Positions 8,730 to 18,478 of a stretch of DNA of 64,000 nucleotides are shown in pieces. Each line of letters starts with the position of its first letter. Position 1 is the first letter of the stretch. The DNA comes from Candidatus Apopatosoma intestinale (GTDB lineage Bacteria; Bacillota; Clostridia; Oscillospirales; CAG-272): NCBI GenBank assembly GCA_003524145.1, contig DODZ01000006.1, positions 3,234 to 67,233 of the forward strand. Direction: 5' to 3'. The translations under genes were made by a program, and so were the position numbers. The notes beneath the pieces were generated by a model. It saw only the letters and a program-made list of their open reading frames with translations, ran no database searches and was not told the DNA's origin.

Positions 8730-11700
8730 ATGTTTTATCCGAAAAACAGCGAAGCCGCGCTTTCACGCGGGCTTTTTGAAAATCCTACAAGCGAATACCG
8801 CGCTGTGCCATTCTGGTCATGGAACTGCGAGCTGAAAAAGGATTTGCTCGCAAAGCAGATCGGCTATATGAAAGAGATGGGCTTCGGCGGCTATGATATG
8901 CATCCGCGCATAGGGCTTGCCACGCCGTATCTTTCGGATGAATTTATGGATATTGTCCGCTTCTGCGTGGAAAAGGGGAAGAGCGAGGGCATGTATTCTT
9001 GGCTCTATGACGAGGATAAGTGGCCCTCGGGCTATGCCGGCGGTTTTGTTACGGAAGATATCGAAATGCGCAGAAAAAAGCTGTGGTTTACTCCCACGCC
9101 GTATGACGACGGCACGCTGACTCTCGACAGCGATAAGGCGAACGCAATTACGAGTCTGCCGAAAGGGAAATATATTTTCCTTGCCGCATATGATGTTTCC
9201 CTCGACGAAAGCGGAGACCTCCTCTCATACAGGCGCATAGATATATCAGAGCGTGCCGAGGGTAAAAAGTATTTTGCCTATCTTGAATATGACGCGGATG
9301 ACGACCGATTCAACGGACAGGCGTATGTCGACACGCTGAAAAAAGAAGCGATAGATAAGTTTATAAAGGTAACGCACGAGAGATACAAGGCTGTAATAGG
9401 CGATGAATTCGGAAAGGCTGTTCCCGCGATATTCACGGATGAGCCGCAGTTTTCCCATGTGTCCGTGCTGAACTTCGCAAAGCAGGATAAGGGCGGTGCG
9501 TCATATCCCTTTACAAACGATTTTGAGGATACATTCAGGGCGGCATACGGTGTGAGCCTGTTGGACAGCTTTCCCGAGGTAGTATGGAATCTCGCGGGCG
9601 GCAGACTTTCGAAGATCAGATATCTCTTCTTTGACCATGCGGCAGAGCGTTTTGCCGAGGCTTACTCCGACAATATAGGCGCTTGGTGCCGCGAAAACAA
9701 TATACTCATGGCAGGTCATGTGATGGATGAATTTCTGCTGAAAACGCAGACATGGGCTGTCGGCGACTGCATGCGCCAGTATCGCGGCTTCGGCATCCCT
9801 GGCATAGATATGCTTGCCGATAAGCGCGAGCTGACGACTGCAAAGCAGGCGCAAAGTATGAGCCGTCAGATGGGCGCCCCGGGCGTTCTCTCCGAGCTTT
9901 ACGGCGTGACGAGATGGGAATTTGACTTTCGCGGGCACAAGCTTCAGGGTGACTGGCAGGCGGCAATGGGCGTAACCGTGCGCGTGCCGCATCTTTACTG
10001 GGCTTCCATGCGCGGCGAGGCAAAGCGCGATTATCCCGCTTCCATAGGTCATCAATCACCTTGGTATAAGGAATACAGACTCATAGAGGATCACTTTGCG
10101 AGAGTGAACACCGCTATGACGCGCGGCAAAGCAGATGTTCGTATCGCTGTTATTCATCCGATAGAGAGCTTCTGGCTTGCTTACGGACCGAACGACCGCT
10201 CGTCGACGGCGATTCGCGAGAAGGACAACCTCTTCTGCGATCTTACGCGTTGGCTGATAACAAACGGTATGGATTTTGATTTCATATGCGAGGCGATGCT
10301 TCCTTCGCAGTATAAAAAGACGGAGAGCGGCTTTGCCGTCGGCGAGATGAAATATGACGCAGTGGTCGTCCCAAACCTTGTGACGCTGCGCAAAACTACG
10401 CTCGACGCGCTGAAAAACTTCCGCACGGCAGGCGGAGAAGTGGTGTTCATGGGCAATATACCGACTCATGTCGACGCAGTGGAGAGCGGCGATGCGGCGG
10501 AATTTGCAAAGTCATGTATCCATGTGAATCCGCTGAAGGATGAAGTGCTCGCAAGTCTCGAAAAATACAGGGATGTGCAGGTTTGCACGGGTTCCGGAGA
10601 CACTTATTCCAACATAGTTTATCAAATGCGCACCGACGGTGAGAAAAAGCATCTTTTCATCGCGCATCTCTACCGTGCGGGTGATCTCGATATCTCTTTT
10701 CTTGATTTATTGACGGTGAAGCTGCGCGGCGAATGGAAGGTCACCTTGCTCGATACTGAAACCGGTGAAATCAGTCCTATGCCTGCAAAATATGAGGGCG
10801 GCAATACACTTGTCAAATGGATAAGCGGCGCCTGCTCATCGCTCCTGCTTGAGCTGGAGGAGGGAAGAGGAGAGTTCGGCGAGGTAAGCGAAGAGAGCTT
10901 CTCGGGAGAGACAGTTCTTGCGGGAGAAGCCGAGATTTCTCTTGCCGAGCCGAATGTACTCCTGCTTGACAAGCCGTCATACAGCCTGAACGGCGGTGAA
11001 ATAAAGCGCGAACGCGATATTCTCTATACCGATATGGCTGTGCGCGATGCGCTCGGCATCCGTCGGCGCGGAAGCCATATGAAACAGCCATGGGCAGAGC
11101 CGCTTGATAAAAATCCGCAGGATAAGCTCACGCTTTACTATGATTTCGAGAGCGATATCGAATATGAGGGTGCGGAGCTGGCACTCGAATGCCTCGAATA
11201 TACGGATGATATCATATTCAACGGCGAAAATGTCAGCCACAATGTCGTCGGCTACTATATAGACGAGGACGCATTGCTGAAGCTTGCTTTGCCGAAAATA
11301 AATAAAGGCGCAAACCGCCTCGTGATAAACTATCGCTTCGGAGATATAACCCAGCTTGAGAGCTGCTTTATACTCGGTAAATTCGGTGTGAAGCTGACGG
11401 GCACATCCGCAAAGATAACGGAAATGCCGAAAAAGATAGGATATATGGACATCGTATCGCAGGGCATGCCGTTCTACGGCGGAAATCTCACCTATAAGAC
11501 TTCTTTTGTTTCCGACGGCGGCGAAAAGACGCTCGAGATAACAAGATATGCCGGTGCGCTCATGAAAGTGCGTATGGACGGAAAAGAGATGGGCGCGATG
11601 ATTTATCCGCCGGCAAGATTGGGACTCGGTGCCGTCACCGCAGGTGAACATACACTTGAAATAACGCTCTTCGGAAACAGGGCGAATACCTTCGGCACGC

Positions 11701-11834
11701 TCCATAATGTCGATGAAAATATAAGCTATTGCGGACCTGCAAGCTGGGTTACGCGCGGCGGCAGATTCTGGTGTCCCGAGTACATAACAAAGAGAACAGG
11801 CATACTCACTTCGCCGAGAATCCTGACAAAATAA
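8730..11834 (+). CDS. large putative glycoside hydrolase (family not assignable by eye)
   Basis: 1034 aa. The N-terminal AVPFWSWN...MGFGGYDMHPR...YDEDKWPSGYAGG pattern recurs in uncharacterised clostridial/bacteroidal glycosidases. No signal peptide is evident. Confidence 0.5.
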   Translation: MFYPKNSEAALSRGLFENPTSEYRAVPFWSWNCELKKDLLAKQIGYMKEMGFGGYDMHPRIGLATPYLSDEFMDIVRFCVEKGKSEGMYSWLYDEDKWPSGYAGGFVTEDIEMRRKKLWFTPTPYDDGTLTLDSDKANAITSLPKGKYIFLAAYDVSLDESGDLLSYRRIDISERAEGKKYFAYLEYDADDDRFNGQAYVDTLKKEAIDKFIKVTHERYKAVIGDEFGKAVPAIFTDEPQFSHVSVLNFAKQDKGGASYPFTNDFEDTFRAAYGVSLLDSFPEVVWNLAGGRLSKIRYLFFDHAAERFAEAYSDNIGAWCRENNILMAGHVMDEFLLKTQTWAVGDCMRQYRGFGIPGIDMLADKRELTTAKQAQSMSRQMGAPGVLSELYGVTRWEFDFRGHKLQGDWQAAMGVTVRVPHLYWASMRGEAKRDYPASIGHQSPWYKEYRLIEDHFARVNTAMTRGKADVRIAVIHPIESFWLAYGPNDRSSTAIREKDNLFCDLTRWLITNGMDFDFICEAMLPSQYKKTESGFAVGEMKYDAVVVPNLVTLRKTTLDALKNFRTAGGEVVFMGNIPTHVDAVESGDAAEFAKSCIHVNPLKDEVLASLEKYRDVQVCTGSGDTYSNIVYQMRTDGEKKHLFIAHLYRAGDLDISFLDLLTVKLRGEWKVTLLDTETGEISPMPAKYEGGNTLVKWISGACSSLLLELEEGRGEFGEVSEESFSGETVLAGEAEISLAEPNVLLLDKPSYSLNGGEIKRERDILYTDMAVRDALGIRRRGSHMKQPWAEPLDKNPQDKLTLYYDFESDIEYEGAELALECLEYTDDIIFNGENVSHNVVGYYIDEDALLKLALPKINKGANRLVINYRFGDITQLESCFILGKFGVKLTGTSAKITEMPKKIGYMDIVSQGMPFYGGNLTYKTSFVSDGGEKTLEITRYAGALMKVRMDGKEMGAMIYPPARLGLGAVTAGEHTLEITLFGNRANTFGTLHNVDENISYCGPASWVTRGGRFWCPEYITKRTGILTSPRILTK

Positions 11835-11846
11835 ACATTTTTCCAT

Positions 11847-11878
11847 AAAAAAGCTCTGCCCGAAAGCAGAGCTTTTTT
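11847..11878. terminator. bidirectional intrinsic terminator
   Basis: AAAAAAGCUCUGC-CCGAAA-GCAGAGCUUUUUU lies between convergent genes. Confidence 0.8.
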
Positions 11879-11897
11879 GCATACATGGCGGTGAGCC

Positions 11898-12980
11898 TTA
11901 TACTATTTCGGTAAAACCATCGGAGGGGTCATCGGCGTGACGGTATAGCTTAATGATACTGCCGTCTTCCTTTGATTCGGTACGATATTCGTTTGATATA
12001 TAGTAGAGCCCGTTTCCGAAGGCATAAATACCCGTCTGACCTTTTCGGAAGAGACAGCCGTATATGCCTGTTGCTTCATCAAAGACGCCCTCTTTTTTCA
12101 GTGAGAGGTGAAGTCCCTTTCTTCCGTAGGCGATATAATCTTCATACGGAGCTGCCGCACCGTCTATTATGAACATCGGATAGTTTGGATATTTTTCCTT
12201 TTTTCCGCGATATACAGCAGCTATCCAGTCTCCGGTGAAAGCGTCATATTCGAGATTTTGTATACCCCACTCCGTATTGCCGGTGAAAATGAAATAGACC
12301 TTGTCCGGTTTCGCCTCGCTGTGATGCGGTGCAAGCTGACAGAGCGGTTTTGCCTTTTCGCCGAATTTGCGCCAGTCATACTGCATGATTATATTGCAGT
12401 CATTATCGTCTCGGCATATATCGCCGTAAATACCGCAGGCTACCATGAGCATGGAGGGACTGTTTTTCGGAGCTCCGAATACCGGACCGATTCCGGTACC
12501 GTCAATGCCGCTGCAGGCAAATTCATGCTTGGTTCCGTCCGGCATGACAGCACTGTACATTCTCGCGACCTCGGAAAGATAGACGGTCTTCATTATACCG
12601 TCGGTTTCGGCATCCATATTCGGGCGTGTAATCTTATCTACATCAAATATGGCAATATAGAATGCATCTTCGTCGGCTATTTTACTTCCGGTATTCTGCA
12701 TGATGCCCTGACCTATTGCATCATGCTTGAGCTCAAGCGAAGCATAAACCCGCCCGTCCTCATCATTGAAATCGATACACCCGAGATGACCCGCAAGTCC
12801 GCCTACCCAGCCGACTGTTTCCCCATTGAGTCTTGCCTTTACAAGTACTGTTGTAAAGGCATAGTAAATATATTCGTGTGCCGTATCAACGGCGATGCCC
12901 TGAAGGTGTCCTGTTTTCCACAGTCCGGCATCTATGCTTCTCGGGAACTTGTCAATATTGAAATTTTCCATTTTCCGCAC
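11898..12980 (-). CDS. hypothetical protein (360 aa), last gene of the ABC/DUF1854/DarA-like operon
   Basis: Long ORF that starts 2 nt after the stop of the DarA-like gene. I recognise no motif. The GHLQGIAVD and repeated G/W/Y-rich segments hint at a beta-rich fold. Confidence 0.6.
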   Translation of the reverse strand: MRKMENFNIDKFPRSIDAGLWKTGHLQGIAVDTAHEYIYYAFTTVLVKARLNGETVGWVGGLAGHLGCIDFNDEDGRVYASLELKHDAIGQGIMQNTGSKIADEDAFYIAIFDVDKITRPNMDAETDGIMKTVYLSEVARMYSAVMPDGTKHEFACSGIDGTGIGPVFGAPKNSPSMLMVACGIYGDICRDDNDCNIIMQYDWRKFGEKAKPLCQLAPHHSEAKPDKVYFIFTGNTEWGIQNLEYDAFTGDWIAAVYRGKKEKYPNYPMFIIDGAAAPYEDYIAYGRKGLHLSLKKEGVFDEATGIYGCLFRKGQTGIYAFGNGLYYISNEYRTESKEDGSIIKLYRHADDPSDGFTEIV

Positions 12981-12982
12981 TC

Positions 12983-13309
12983 TTATATCTTCTCAAAATC
13001 GTCTACGGAAAGAGTAAACATTACGGCACCGCCGATAGTTACCTTTTCTTCTACGGAATGATTGAGCATACCTCTGCCGAAAGCTTCTACCGACGGAGAA
13101 ATCTTTTCGCGCGTTGTGCAGTATTTTTTCAGTATCTCCTTAAGCTCGGGCAAACGCTGTTCGTCCGTGCCTATGAGCAGAGTGGTGTTTCCCACCATGA
13201 GAAAGCCTCCCGTGGTGGAAAGCTGAGTTACGAAGAAGTCGCGTCCCGTCAGTGCAGTTATTGCTGTTCTGCTGTCGTCGTTGTTAATTACCGCGATTAC
13301 AAGTTTCAT
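12983..13309 (-). CDS. PII-like cyclic-di-AMP receptor paralog (DarA/PstA family, DUF970)
   Basis: 108 aa, MKLVIAVINNDDS...TTGGFLMVGNTTLLIGT...IGGAVMF. It is collinear with B. subtilis DarA and with the second copy at 49215. GGAGG lies 5 nt before ATG 13309. Confidence 0.8.
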   Translation of the reverse strand: MKLVIAVINNDDSRTAITALTGRDFFVTQLSTTGGFLMVGNTTLLIGTDEQRLPELKEILKKYCTTREKISPSVEAFGRGMLNHSVEEKVTIGGAVMFTLSVDDFEKI

Positions 13310-13319
13310 ATTTTTCCTC

Positions 13320-13808
13320 CTACATATCAAATTTCAAAAGATTGAGACTGTCCTTATCGAGTGCATTTACATCCTCTATTTCGTAGCGATTGTCGTTTGA
13401 ATCGCGAATAAGTATACGCCCGTCATAGAGTGTTTTTATATCTATGCTCGTATTCAGTATCGCGAAGCTGTGTTCGCCGCGATCCGTTGCCACGGTCCAA
13501 GTGATGTTTCCATATTTTTCCACACGGGAAATAATCTTCTTTATTTTCGGTACGATGTAATATGATTCAAGACATTCCTGTATTGCCTTTTTTGATTCCG
13601 GCATAAGGTGGTTTACATCGCGTATTATAGCTACCTCTTTGCCGTTTTCATCGATAAGAGAGATGTATTTCGATATCCCCGAAACAGGGAAAAGCCGCAG
13701 AGGCTCGAGGTTTTCAAAGCATCTGCCGTCATATGTTTCAAGACGTACGGAGACATTTCCCGTTTTTGTAATGCGGGCTTCATCGCCGTTTATAAAAAAT
13801 CCTATCAT
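13320..13808 (-). CDS. DUF1854-like protein
   Basis: 162 aa directly downstream of an ABC exporter. Segments FENLEPLRLFPVS and ITWTVATDRGEHSF match my recollection of DUF1854. Confidence 0.65.
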   Translation of the reverse strand: MIGFFINGDEARITKTGNVSVRLETYDGRCFENLEPLRLFPVSGISKYISLIDENGKEVAIIRDVNHLMPESKKAIQECLESYYIVPKIKKIISRVEKYGNITWTVATDRGEHSFAILNTSIDIKTLYDGRILIRDSNDNRYEIEDVNALDKDSLNLLKFDM

Positions 13809-13822
13809 TTCCGCCGACCTCC

Positions 13823-16093
13823 TTATTCGAGATGCTCTTTTTCTTTATCGAGCTTTACCTGATCCGCCATAGACTGGATTTTCACAAGCCTGTAATACTT
13901 GCCCTGCTTTGCCATCAGCTCATCCGGTGTGCCGAATTCCGCGATTCTGCCCTTGTCGATGACGACTATCTTGTCCGCCTGCTTCAGTGTGGAGAGCCGG
14001 TGCGCTATCATGAGTGTAGTTCTGCCCTTTACGAGGTTGTTTATCGCATCCTGAATGAGCTTTTCCGTTTCGGAGTCGACGGCACTTGTTGCCTCATCGA
14101 AGATAAGCACGCTCGGATTGTTGAGTATCGCGCGGGCAATGGATATTCGTTGGCGTTCGCCGCCCGAGAGACCGACACCGCGCTCACCGAGGATGGTATC
14201 GTATGCATCGGGATGGCGCAGGATAAATTCATGCGCATTTGCTATATCGGCTGCCATCAGCACTTCTTCTATCGTGGCATTTGGCTTGGCATATGCTATA
14301 TTATTGAAAATAGTATCGGAAAACATCATGGCTTCCTGCTGAACATAGCCTATCTTTGTTCTGAAATAGCTCATATCAATTGTTTTGATGTCCTTGCCGT
14401 CGAGAAGAATCTGACCGTCATAGTTGTCATAGAAGCGCATGAAAAGATTTATCAGCGTTGTTTTGCCGGAGCCTGTCGTTCCTACTATGCCGACGGCTTC
14501 GCCGGGCTCTATAGTGAGATTTATATCGGAGAGAACATTTTTTGTCTTATCGAAAGAGAAGCTTACATGGCGGAATTCCACCTTGCCGCTTATATGGTCG
14601 GGTATATTGCCTTTTCCGTCATCATGCTCAGGCTCGGCATCAAGAATGTCCATTACGCGCTCTGCAGAGGTAAGAGCGCTCTGATACGAGTCGTTCAGTC
14701 CCGCAAAAAAGTTTACGGGTCCGTAGAACATAGAAGTATATGAAATGAACGACACGAGCAGACCGAGGGAGATATCGGGACTTCCGTTTATAACCTGCAA
14801 GCCGCCTACATCCCATATAATGAGCGAGCCGCAGACAACGACAAATGAAATGAGCGACGAGAATATGCTGGACATTTTACCTGCGCGCACACTCACCCTG
14901 AACCATTCGTTATTCTGCTTTTCGAGGCGCTTTGAGGCGCGTTTTTCACCAGAAAATGCCTTTACTACGCGTATGCACGGAATGGAATCGGTGAGCACAG
15001 AGGAAACCGCCGTCCATTTTCTCCAGATTCGTCTGTAGAACGGGCGGATTTTCCGTCCGAATTTGCGGGAGGCATATACAACAAACGGAACCGGAATAAG
15101 CGAGAGAAGTGAAAGCTTCCAGTTCATTGTTATCATTATTATGACTATGCCGACGAGCAGGAAAAGCTGTGTTATGACATCCTGGGTGATACGCAGGATG
15201 AACGCCTGAAGATTGCTTGTATCGTTACTGATTCTGTTTATGACGGAGCCTGTGGAGGTTTTGTCGTAAAACTTCATCGGAAGGTGTTGTGCCTTTTCAA
15301 AAACATCGTTTCGCAGGTCGGCAACGATACTGTCGCCCGCACGACGGAGAAGTGTTCCGCGGATGGCGCCGAGCAGATACTGAATTATGTATGTTCCGAG
15401 CAGAAACGCGACAATTATATAGAGCGCCTGCTTGTTTTTGCTCGGTATGACATCGTCAACGAGCATTTTTGTTATATACGGAGGCACAAGGCTCAGAGCG
15501 GTTATCACTACAGACATGATAACGGATATGCAGATAATTTTAAACTCCGGCTTGACATATTTTACAAGCTTTGATACAAGCTTGCCCTTTGAAGCGCAGT
15601 TGAGACAGTCGGCCCCGGGGCGGACGAGATTTCTGCCGCATTTCGGGCAAACGGTGCAGAAGCTCCTGTATGCGGAAATTACGCTTTCCATGGCTTCATC
15701 AGTCGGCATTTCCGAGTTTATCTTGTCCATGAAAAGCACAGCGGAATTGAAAAGAGCCGTCACCGCATATGTGGCGCGCGCTATCTGCGTTTTTTCGCCG
15801 CTTTTCTTGACGGCGAGCAGAAAAGCGTTTCCGTACATACGTTTTATCGTGAGGCTTTCCACCTCGCTGTACAAAACAGTGTCACAGACGATATTGCCGT
15901 CCTCTTCGCGATGGGCGGTTATTATCCTGCGGTCGGTAAACTCTGCAAGCGACTGACCGTAATTTCCGCCGGGAAGCAGGTCTGTCACTATCCTGAAAAG
16001 CTCGCGTTCGTTTTCATCGAGCATTTCGCGTATTTTTGTTTCCAATGAGCTGTCAGATATTTTTTTATTTTCCAACGGTAAAGCAAAATCCAT
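13823..16093 (-). CDS. ABC exporter (fused TMD-NBD) with an N-terminal cytosolic PH-like/zinc-ribbon extension of about 175 aa
   Basis: Walker A GTTGSGKTT, signature LSGGERQRISIARA, Walker B LIFDEATSAVD. Six TM helices after residue ~180. CTVCPKCG-x10-CLNC zinc ribbon upstream of TM1. Confidence 0.9.
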   Translation of the reverse strand: MDFALPLENKKISDSSLETKIREMLDENERELFRIVTDLLPGGNYGQSLAEFTDRRIITAHREEDGNIVCDTVLYSEVESLTIKRMYGNAFLLAVKKSGEKTQIARATYAVTALFNSAVLFMDKINSEMPTDEAMESVISAYRSFCTVCPKCGRNLVRPGADCLNCASKGKLVSKLVKYVKPEFKIICISVIMSVVITALSLVPPYITKMLVDDVIPSKNKQALYIIVAFLLGTYIIQYLLGAIRGTLLRRAGDSIVADLRNDVFEKAQHLPMKFYDKTSTGSVINRISNDTSNLQAFILRITQDVITQLFLLVGIVIIMITMNWKLSLLSLIPVPFVVYASRKFGRKIRPFYRRIWRKWTAVSSVLTDSIPCIRVVKAFSGEKRASKRLEKQNNEWFRVSVRAGKMSSIFSSLISFVVVCGSLIIWDVGGLQVINGSPDISLGLLVSFISYTSMFYGPVNFFAGLNDSYQSALTSAERVMDILDAEPEHDDGKGNIPDHISGKVEFRHVSFSFDKTKNVLSDINLTIEPGEAVGIVGTTGSGKTTLINLFMRFYDNYDGQILLDGKDIKTIDMSYFRTKIGYVQQEAMMFSDTIFNNIAYAKPNATIEEVLMAADIANAHEFILRHPDAYDTILGERGVGLSGGERQRISIARAILNNPSVLIFDEATSAVDSETEKLIQDAINNLVKGRTTLMIAHRLSTLKQADKIVVIDKGRIAEFGTPDELMAKQGKYYRLVKIQSMADQVKLDKEKEHLE

Positions 16094-16415
16094 AATCCTT
16101 TTCCTCTCATTTTCCGTTCCCGTTTTTAATAAATTTTCTGTATAATACCACGCCGGAACGCTTTTGTCAACATCAAAACGGAAATTTCGGAAGGAAATTT
16201 TTCTGTTGATATAAAACGGTGCAAAGACACTGCAAGCCCTCCGCCTGCCGCATGGATACGATGATATTTTGTTGTATCAGGTGCAGTATTTACAGCTCGA
16301 AAATTTGGCTATTTTGCCAAAATTGACAAAGATAGCTCAAATATGTTGACTAAAATTAGAATAAGTGTTATTATTTATATAAGTAGACAGTTTGTTAAAA
16401 AGGAGAAGCGGCGGC

Positions 16416-17168
16416 ATGATAAACGATATACAGAAAGCAAGTATATGGAAAAGATTTGCCGCCGCTCTCCTTGATTTTATTCTTATAGCCACAATAGCCG
16501 TAGGAATGGCTGCTCTCATTTCGCTTATTACTGGCTATGACAGGGCAAACGACAGGCTTAATGAGATATATGCCGAATACGAAGAAAAATACGATATAGA
16601 CAGGACAAAAAGCGTCGATTCGCTCACGGAAGAGGAAATGAAGCGATACGAAGAGGCGGACAGAGCCATATCGCAGGATGAGGAAGCGATAAGTGCTTAC
16701 AGCCTCGTTATGAATCTGACCTTGGTCATCACGTCGCTCGGCATTTTATCCGCAGTGATGACAGGGGAATTTATCATCCCGCTGATTCTTAAAAACGGAC
16801 AGACCGTAGGCAAAAAGGTCTTCGGCATCGGTGTGATGATGACCGGCGGAACAAAAATAAAAACCGTTGCGCTTTTTATCCGCGCTCTCCTCGGGAAATA
16901 TACGATAGAGACGATGATTCCCGTGCTTATTATAATAATGATATATTTTGGCGGCATAGGAATTCTCGGAGTGATAATTCTCGGACTTATTGTGCTGCTG
17001 CAGTTAATTCTGATGGCTGCCACAAGCAATAATTCGCCTATTCACGATTTGATTTCCGATACGGTTGTTATAGATATGAGCAGTCAGAGAATCTTTGACT
17101 CAGAAAGCGAGCTCATAGAATACGAAAAGAAAATTCATGCCGAGTCTGTGGCTAAATCGCCATACTGA
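16416..17168 (+). CDS. RDD-family membrane protein
   Basis: The WKRFAAALLDFILI start is typical of RDD domains. TM helices are separated by a charged insert. ATG 16416 has AAAGGAGAAG upstream (the track starts at TTG 16392). Confidence 0.6.
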   Translation: MINDIQKASIWKRFAAALLDFILIATIAVGMAALISLITGYDRANDRLNEIYAEYEEKYDIDRTKSVDSLTEEEMKRYEEADRAISQDEEAISAYSLVMNLTLVITSLGILSAVMTGEFIIPLILKNGQTVGKKVFGIGVMMTGGTKIKTVALFIRALLGKYTIETMIPVLIIIMIYFGGIGILGVIILGLIVLLQLILMAATSNNSPIHDLISDTVVIDMSSQRIFDSESELIEYEKKIHAESVAKSPY

Positions 17169-17372
17169 GCGGCGCACCGTTTTACCGATACAGGCAATAA
17201 ATAAATTTATGGCATAGGAGCAAGGCAAAATGGAGCAGGCGGATAATCGGTTATAAAATTTATAAAGGCGCACGATGTGCGTCCTTTCGTCATGCAAAAA
17301 GCCGTATTTTGTTCCCGCTGTTAACGGAATGTGAAAAATTAAGCAAACAATAAACCAAGGAAAGGATTTTAT

Positions 17373-18476
17373 ATGAAAGTAGAACTTCAGAATCTGACAA
17401 AAATCTTCCCGAGCCGAAACAAGAAGTCGGGCGACAAGGTCGTTGCGGTAAGTGATTTCAATTTCACCATACCGGACGGCAAGCTCGTCGGTCTTCTCGG
17501 ACCATCCGGTTGCGGAAAGAGCACGACTCTCTATATGATATGCGGGCTCCAGAAGCCGACAAGCGGCAAAATCTTGTTCGGTGAGGATGATGTCACCGAC
17601 CTTTCTCCGGAAAACAGAGGCGTAGGTCTCGTTTTCCAAAACTATGCGCTTTATCCTCATATGACTGTAAAGCAGAACATTCTTTTCCCGCTCCAAAATC
17701 TCAAGGGAGCCGACAAGCTCGACAAAGAAACAATGCTGGAACGCGCATACGATGCGGCTAAGCTTGTTCAGATAGACAATCTTATGGACAGAAAGCCGAG
17801 CGAGCTTTCGGGAGGTCAGCAGCAGAGAGTTGCGATTGCCCGTGCACTCGTAAAGATGCCGAGAGTTCTGCTGCTTGATGAGCCGCTCTCAAACCTTGAC
17901 GCGCGTCTGCGTCTCCAGACTCGAGAGGAAATCCGTCGTATCCAGCGTGAAACCAAGATTACAACGGTATTCGTGACGCACGATCAGGAGGAAGCGATGA
18001 GTATTTCGGACATGATAGTCGTCATGAAGCTCGGCGTTATTCAGCAGGTAGGCGCTCCGCAGGAGGTATACGACAATCCGGTGAACCTCTTTGTGGCAAA
18101 GTTCCTCGGAACACCTCCGATAAACGTCCTTGAGGGAAGAATTTCCGCAGGAAAGCTCTACATAGGCGAGGATGCCGTTCTTTCCGTACCGGGGCTTGAG
18201 GACAGGAAAGTATATGTTGCTATCCGTCCGGAGGGCTTTATACCAGATGAAAAGGGCGCTCTTTGCTGCAAGCTCTCAAGCGTTGAGGTAATGGGTCGCG
18301 ATGTCAGCATCGTTTCCACAAACTCATTCTCATGCAATCCCGTTATCCGCTCCATAATAAATGCAGATTACAGGATAGATGCTACAGCCGAAATGGTGTG
18401 CTACAATCTGAAGCCGAACAAAACATTTATTTTTGATAAAGAAACCGAAGAAAGAATTTATTTTGAGGTAAAATAA
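17373..18476 (+). CDS. CUT1-type sugar ABC transporter ATP-binding protein (MsmX/UgpC/MalK-like)
   Basis: GPSGCGKST, LSGGQQQRVAIARA and LLLDEPLSNLD, plus a C-terminal regulatory/OB domain. Confidence 0.9.
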   Translation: MKVELQNLTKIFPSRNKKSGDKVVAVSDFNFTIPDGKLVGLLGPSGCGKSTTLYMICGLQKPTSGKILFGEDDVTDLSPENRGVGLVFQNYALYPHMTVKQNILFPLQNLKGADKLDKETMLERAYDAAKLVQIDNLMDRKPSELSGGQQQRVAIARALVKMPRVLLLDEPLSNLDARLRLQTREEIRRIQRETKITTVFVTHDQEEAMSISDMIVVMKLGVIQQVGAPQEVYDNPVNLFVAKFLGTPPINVLEGRISAGKLYIGEDAVLSVPGLEDRKVYVAIRPEGFIPDEKGALCCKLSSVEVMGRDVSIVSTNSFSCNPVIRSIINADYRIDATAEMVCYNLKPNKTFIFDKETEERIYFEVK

Positions 18477-18478
18477 TT

